Below, piece by piece: positions 32,518 to 35,726 of a stretch of DNA of 35,726 bases. Each line of letters opens with the position of its first letter. Within the stretch, counting starts at the first letter, position 1. Origin of the DNA: a virus (lineage: Duplodnaviria > Caudoviricetes). A model generated the notes under the pieces. That model worked only from the letters and a program-made list of their open reading frames with translations. It made no database searches and was not told the DNA's origin. The position numbers and the translations under genes were made by a program. The stretch is taken from the IMG/VR virus record IMGVR_UViG_3300048080_000345, positions 1-35,726 of that record; one strand, 5' to 3'.

Positions 32518-33836
32518 TGGCCCTCACCACCCCCGAAGACGTCGCCGAGGTCATCGACCGCGCGATCGCGGACGTCGAGCTCGCCCTCGCCGAGTTCGGG
32601 GGAAAGCCGTCCCTCTCGAACAGCTGGCTCAAGGCCCTCATCGTGGCCCTGTCCAACCGGGTCTTCGACTTCTACTATGCCCTCGACGTGGCCGCCCTCG
32701 AGGCCTTGCCCGACACGGCGGTCGAGAACCTCGATCGGTGGGCCGCCATCTGGGGCGTGACCCGCACCCCCGGCGCCCCCTCGAACGGGAACGCGGTCGC
32801 CGTCGGCGTCCTCGGGAGCGTGGTCCAGGGCGGCGCGATCGTGGCCGCCGGGGACGGGAAGCAGTACCGCGTCGACGTGGACTCCGAGGTCACCGCGAAG
32901 TCCCTGTCCGTCGCCTCGATCACCCGCGTAGGCCAGGTCGCGACCCTCACCACGACCTCGCCCCACGGCCTCGGGACCAACGTCCGGATCTCGGTCGTGG
33001 GAGCGGCGCAGTCCGAGTACAACGTCGTCGACGTCTTCGTTCTCTCGATCGCCTCCCCGACCGTCATCACCTACGCGGTGGCGGGCGCCCCCGCCACGCC
33101 CGCGACCGGGACGATCCTCCTCGAGTTCGACTCCGCGGTCCTGGCCCTCGAGTCGGTCGAGCCGGGGAGCGCGCAGGACCAGCCGTTCGATTCCGCGCTC
33201 AAGCTCGAGAGCCCGATCGCCGGCGTGGACGACGTGGTCCGGGTCGACTTCGACGAGCTCGGCGGCGGCGCGGACCGCGAGCTCGACGCCGCCCTGCGAG
33301 AGCGCCTACTCGAGCGGATCCAAAACCCGATCGCGCACTTCAACGTGGCTGAGATCACCGCGGTAGCGAAGTCGATCCCCGGCGTCACGCGGGTCTTCGT
33401 CCAGGAGATCACGCCCCAGGTGGGGCAGGTCACGATCTACTTCACGCGCGACAACGACGACGACCCGATCCCGAACGGGGCCGAGGTCGCGGCGGTCGAG
33501 GCCGTGATCCAGGCGATCCGGCCGGCGAACTCGGACGAGGACGACGTTTTCGTCTTCGCCCCTACGCCGGTGACGGTGAACTTCACCTTCACCGCGCTCT
33601 CCCCGAACACGGCCTCCATGAAGACCGCGATCGAAGCGAACCTCCGGCAACTCTTCGAGGAGCGGACGTCGGTCGGGGTGAGCGTCATCCAGGACGCCTA
33701 CCGCTCCGCGATCTTCAATACGGTTGACGTGGAGACGGGGGACGAGGTCGAGTCCTTCACCTTGACGGCTCCGAGCGGGACCATCGTCGTCGCGGCCGGG
33801 CAGATCGCCGTCATGGGGAACGTGGTGTTCCCGTGA
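32517..33836 (+). CDS. Baseplate J / Mu gp47-like protein
   Basis: LPDTA..LDRWA, GGADRELDAALRERLLERIQNP, IPGVTRVFV. Confidence 0.94.
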   Translation: MALTTPEDVAEVIDRAIADVELALAEFGGKPSLSNSWLKALIVALSNRVFDFYYALDVAALEALPDTAVENLDRWAAIWGVTRTPGAPSNGNAVAVGVLGSVVQGGAIVAAGDGKQYRVDVDSEVTAKSLSVASITRVGQVATLTTTSPHGLGTNVRISVVGAAQSEYNVVDVFVLSIASPTVITYAVAGAPATPATGTILLEFDSAVLALESVEPGSAQDQPFDSALKLESPIAGVDDVVRVDFDELGGGADRELDAALRERLLERIQNPIAHFNVAEITAVAKSIPGVTRVFVQEITPQVGQVTIYFTRDNDDDPIPNGAEVAAVEAVIQAIRPANSDEDDVFVFAPTPVTVNFTFTALSPNTASMKTAIEANLRQLFEERTSVGVSVIQDAYRSAIFNTVDVETGDEVESFTLTAPSGTIVVAAGQIAVMGNVVFP

Positions 33837-34432
33837 GCGACCTTCGGCGCCAGGTCGAGAGCCTCGCGGGCTACCTCCCGAGCGGGCGCGCGTTCTCCTC
33901 GAAGACCATCCCCGGGACGGTTACCAGGGGCCTGCTCGAAGGCCTCGCGGCCGAGCTCCTGCGCGTGGACGGCGCGCTCGAGGAGTTCCGCCGGGAGATC
34001 CTCCCCGACGAGACCCTCCTGTTCATCGACGAGTGGGAGAACGCGGTCGGGATCCCCGATCACTGCTTCACGGGCCAGGGGTCGATCGACGTTCGGCGCC
34101 GAGACGTCCTGGTGAAGTTGGTCTCTCTCGGGCTCCAGACGGCCTCCGATTTCGAGGCCCTCGCGGAGCTCCTCGGGGTGACCGCCTTCGTCCTGCCCGG
34201 CTCCCGCTACGGGGTCTTCCCGTACACCTTCCCGATCGTGTTCTTCCCCAACGCGCGGGCCGCCTTCCATACGATCATCGTGGACATGCCGGCCCCTCCC
34301 GGGCTGGGCTTCCCCTATACGTTCCCGATCCCGTTCGGGAGCTCGGACCAGGCTTTGGTACAGTGTCTGTTTCGGCGACTCAAGCCGGCGCACGTCGACG
34401 TGATGTACGTCACCGGATTCGTGGAGAGGTGA
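33833..34432 (+). CDS. Mu gp48/YmfQ (DUF2313)-like baseplate protein
   Basis: LPSGRAF..EWENAVGIPD..CLFRRLKPAH. Confidence 0.9.
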   Translation: MSDLRRQVESLAGYLPSGRAFSSKTIPGTVTRGLLEGLAAELLRVDGALEEFRREILPDETLLFIDEWENAVGIPDHCFTGQGSIDVRRRDVLVKLVSLGLQTASDFEALAELLGVTAFVLPGSRYGVFPYTFPIVFFPNARAAFHTIIVDMPAPPGLGFPYTFPIPFGSSDQALVQCLFRRLKPAHVDVMYVTGFVER

Positions 34433-34433
34433 G

Positions 34434-35636
34434 ATGGAAGACCTGAACGACAAGATCACGGGCGGCAACCTCTCGGCGACCGAGTGGAACGAGGTTCCCT
34501 CGGAGCTCCAGAACGTGATCGAGCAGCTGGGCCATACCCTCTCGGCGGGGGACCTCAACCAGCTGGGAAAGGCGATCGCCGGGTACGGCGCGTCCGGCGA
34601 CTTCTACACGGGCGGCGGCACCGCGGACGCCCAGACCCTGACGAAGATCGGAACGAAGCAGGCGCCGGCTTTCCTCACCGACGGGATGCGCGTTCGCTGG
34701 CGCCCGAGCGTGAACAATACCGGCGCGGCGACGATCAACGTCAACGCGCTCGGCGTGAAGTCGATCGTCCTCGAGGACGCCTCCGCGCTCGCGGCCGGCG
34801 ACCTCTCGACCACGCGCGACGCGCTCGCGCGCTACGACCTCGCCAACGATCGATTCGTCCTCGCGAACTACGTTCGGGAGGCGGCCGTCCCGTCCCTGCG
34901 CGGATACATCTCGGGCTTCACCCTCTCGCGCACGTCCGCGACGATCCTGACGGTCGGGGCGGGCTCTTGCATCTCGGAGGACTCGGCTCGCCGGACGCTC
35001 ACCCTCACCGCCCCCGAGACCATCGACGTCACCGACCAGCCGACCGGCGGCGCCGGTGGGTTGCAGGACGCGCGGGCCACGGACACCTGGTACCACGTCT
35101 ACGCGATCCGGCAGACCGCCGGCGGCGCGATCGACGTGTACGCCGAGACCGCCTACCCGCCCGCGGACGTGCCGGCCGGGTACGACTCGTACCGCCGCCT
35201 CGGCTCGTTCCGCCTCAACGCGACGGGCTCCGGGGAGATCACGGCGTTCGTCCAGTACGGGGACACCTTCCTTTGGGACGCGCCCCCGCTCGACGTGGAC
35301 ACCACTCAGGGCACGACGTCGGCCCTTCACCCGTTGACGGTCCCTCCGGCCATCATCGTCAAGGCGATGCTGAACACCTTCTCCGCGAACACGACGAACT
35401 CGTCCGCCGTCCTCATTAGCGCCCCCGGCGTGGCCGACGCGAACCCGAGCCTCACGGCGACGCCCCTCGCGACGACCTTTCAGAACCCGAACGGCTCGGG
35501 CACGGCCACGGGCGGCGGGCCGGTCGAGGTCTACACGGACACGAGCCGGCAGGTTCGAGCCGACGCGACCCACGCGTCGACCACGTTCCGAGTCGCCACC
35601 CTCGGGTGGATCGACCCGCGCGGAAAGGATGTCTAA
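34434..35636 (+). CDS. Tail fibre protein
   Basis: EWNEVPSELQNVIE..DLNQLGKAI anchor; NTGAATINVNALG; DTWYHVYAI..YRRLGS. Confidence 0.88.
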   Translation: MEDLNDKITGGNLSATEWNEVPSELQNVIEQLGHTLSAGDLNQLGKAIAGYGASGDFYTGGGTADAQTLTKIGTKQAPAFLTDGMRVRWRPSVNNTGAATINVNALGVKSIVLEDASALAAGDLSTTRDALARYDLANDRFVLANYVREAAVPSLRGYISGFTLSRTSATILTVGAGSCISEDSARRTLTLTAPETIDVTDQPTGGAGGLQDARATDTWYHVYAIRQTAGGAIDVYAETAYPPADVPAGYDSYRRLGSFRLNATGSGEITAFVQYGDTFLWDAPPLDVDTTQGTTSALHPLTVPPAIIVKAMLNTFSANTTNSSAVLISAPGVADANPSLTATPLATTFQNPNGSGTATGGGPVEVYTDTSRQVRADATHASTTFRVATLGWIDPRGKDV

Positions 35637-35639
35637 TCC

Positions 35640-35726
35640 GTGATCGACGCCCAGGACGCGCGGCTCGTGGCCGAAATGGTCGGGATCATCCTGTTCACCG
35701 CCGGCGGCGGCGCGGGCGCGCTCGCC
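35640..35726 (+). CDS. Truncated membrane protein start (MIDAQDARLVAEMVGIILFTAGGG...), possibly lysis module
   Basis: GTG 3 nt after the fibre stop; hydrophobic segment; only 29 codons visible. Confidence 0.4.
   Translation, partial: MIDAQDARLVAEMVGIILFTAGGGAGALA

Larger units (their letters stand above)
1..35726. mobile_element. Tailed bacteriophage/prophage with HK97-type head and Mu-like contractile tail (partial genome)
   Basis: Syntenic terminase-portal-protease-capsid-neck-sheath-tube-TMP-baseplate-fibre cluster plus typical phage accessory genes; no host housekeeping genes or att site seen. Confidence 0.97.

Noticed and set aside
34434-35726. Gin/Cin-type invertible tail-fibre segment served by the serine recombinase
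   Set aside because: No inverted second fibre gene or flanking inverted sites within the window; cannot be excluded beyond the right edge
1-35726. Very frequent CTCGAG/TCGA words as a dedicated repeat signal
   Set aside because: Largely explained by Leu-Glu (CTC GAG) and Val/Ile-Asp/Glu codon pairs; would need a codon-aware count to claim more

Overview
High-GC tailed-phage (or prophage) segment; no host genes, tRNAs or rRNAs were recognised. 1-3806 is a leftward accessory operon under a sigma70-type promoter. It holds hypotheticals, a Phd/YefM-like protein, an HTH protein, a DUF6900-like protein and a C5 cytosine methyltransferase locus whose motifs are split between two overlapping reading frames. 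3807-4900 is a noncoding control region with an AT-rich origin-like dyad, a ~50-bp-period array of inverted repeats and a res-like site. It is followed by a small serine recombinase (4910-5500). 5700-11070 holds rightward accessory genes, two of them behind sigma28/FliA-type promoters, plus DUF4326 and VRR-NUC proteins. 11098-35636 is a near-complete myovirus morphogenesis module: TerS, TerL, HK97-type portal, MuF, protease and capsid, neck genes with inserted accessory structural genes, and a Mu-like contractile tail (sheath, tube, frameshifting chaperone, tape measure, an HNH insertion, gpN/gpP/gp45/gp46/gp47/gp48-like baseplate, tail fibre). The most notable signals are the dual-frame methyltransferase with five WPTP modules, three sigma28-type promoters (two sharing a 63-bp cassette), and the periodic inverted-repeat array next to the recombinase. 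All family calls are by visual motif recognition and synteny, not database searches.
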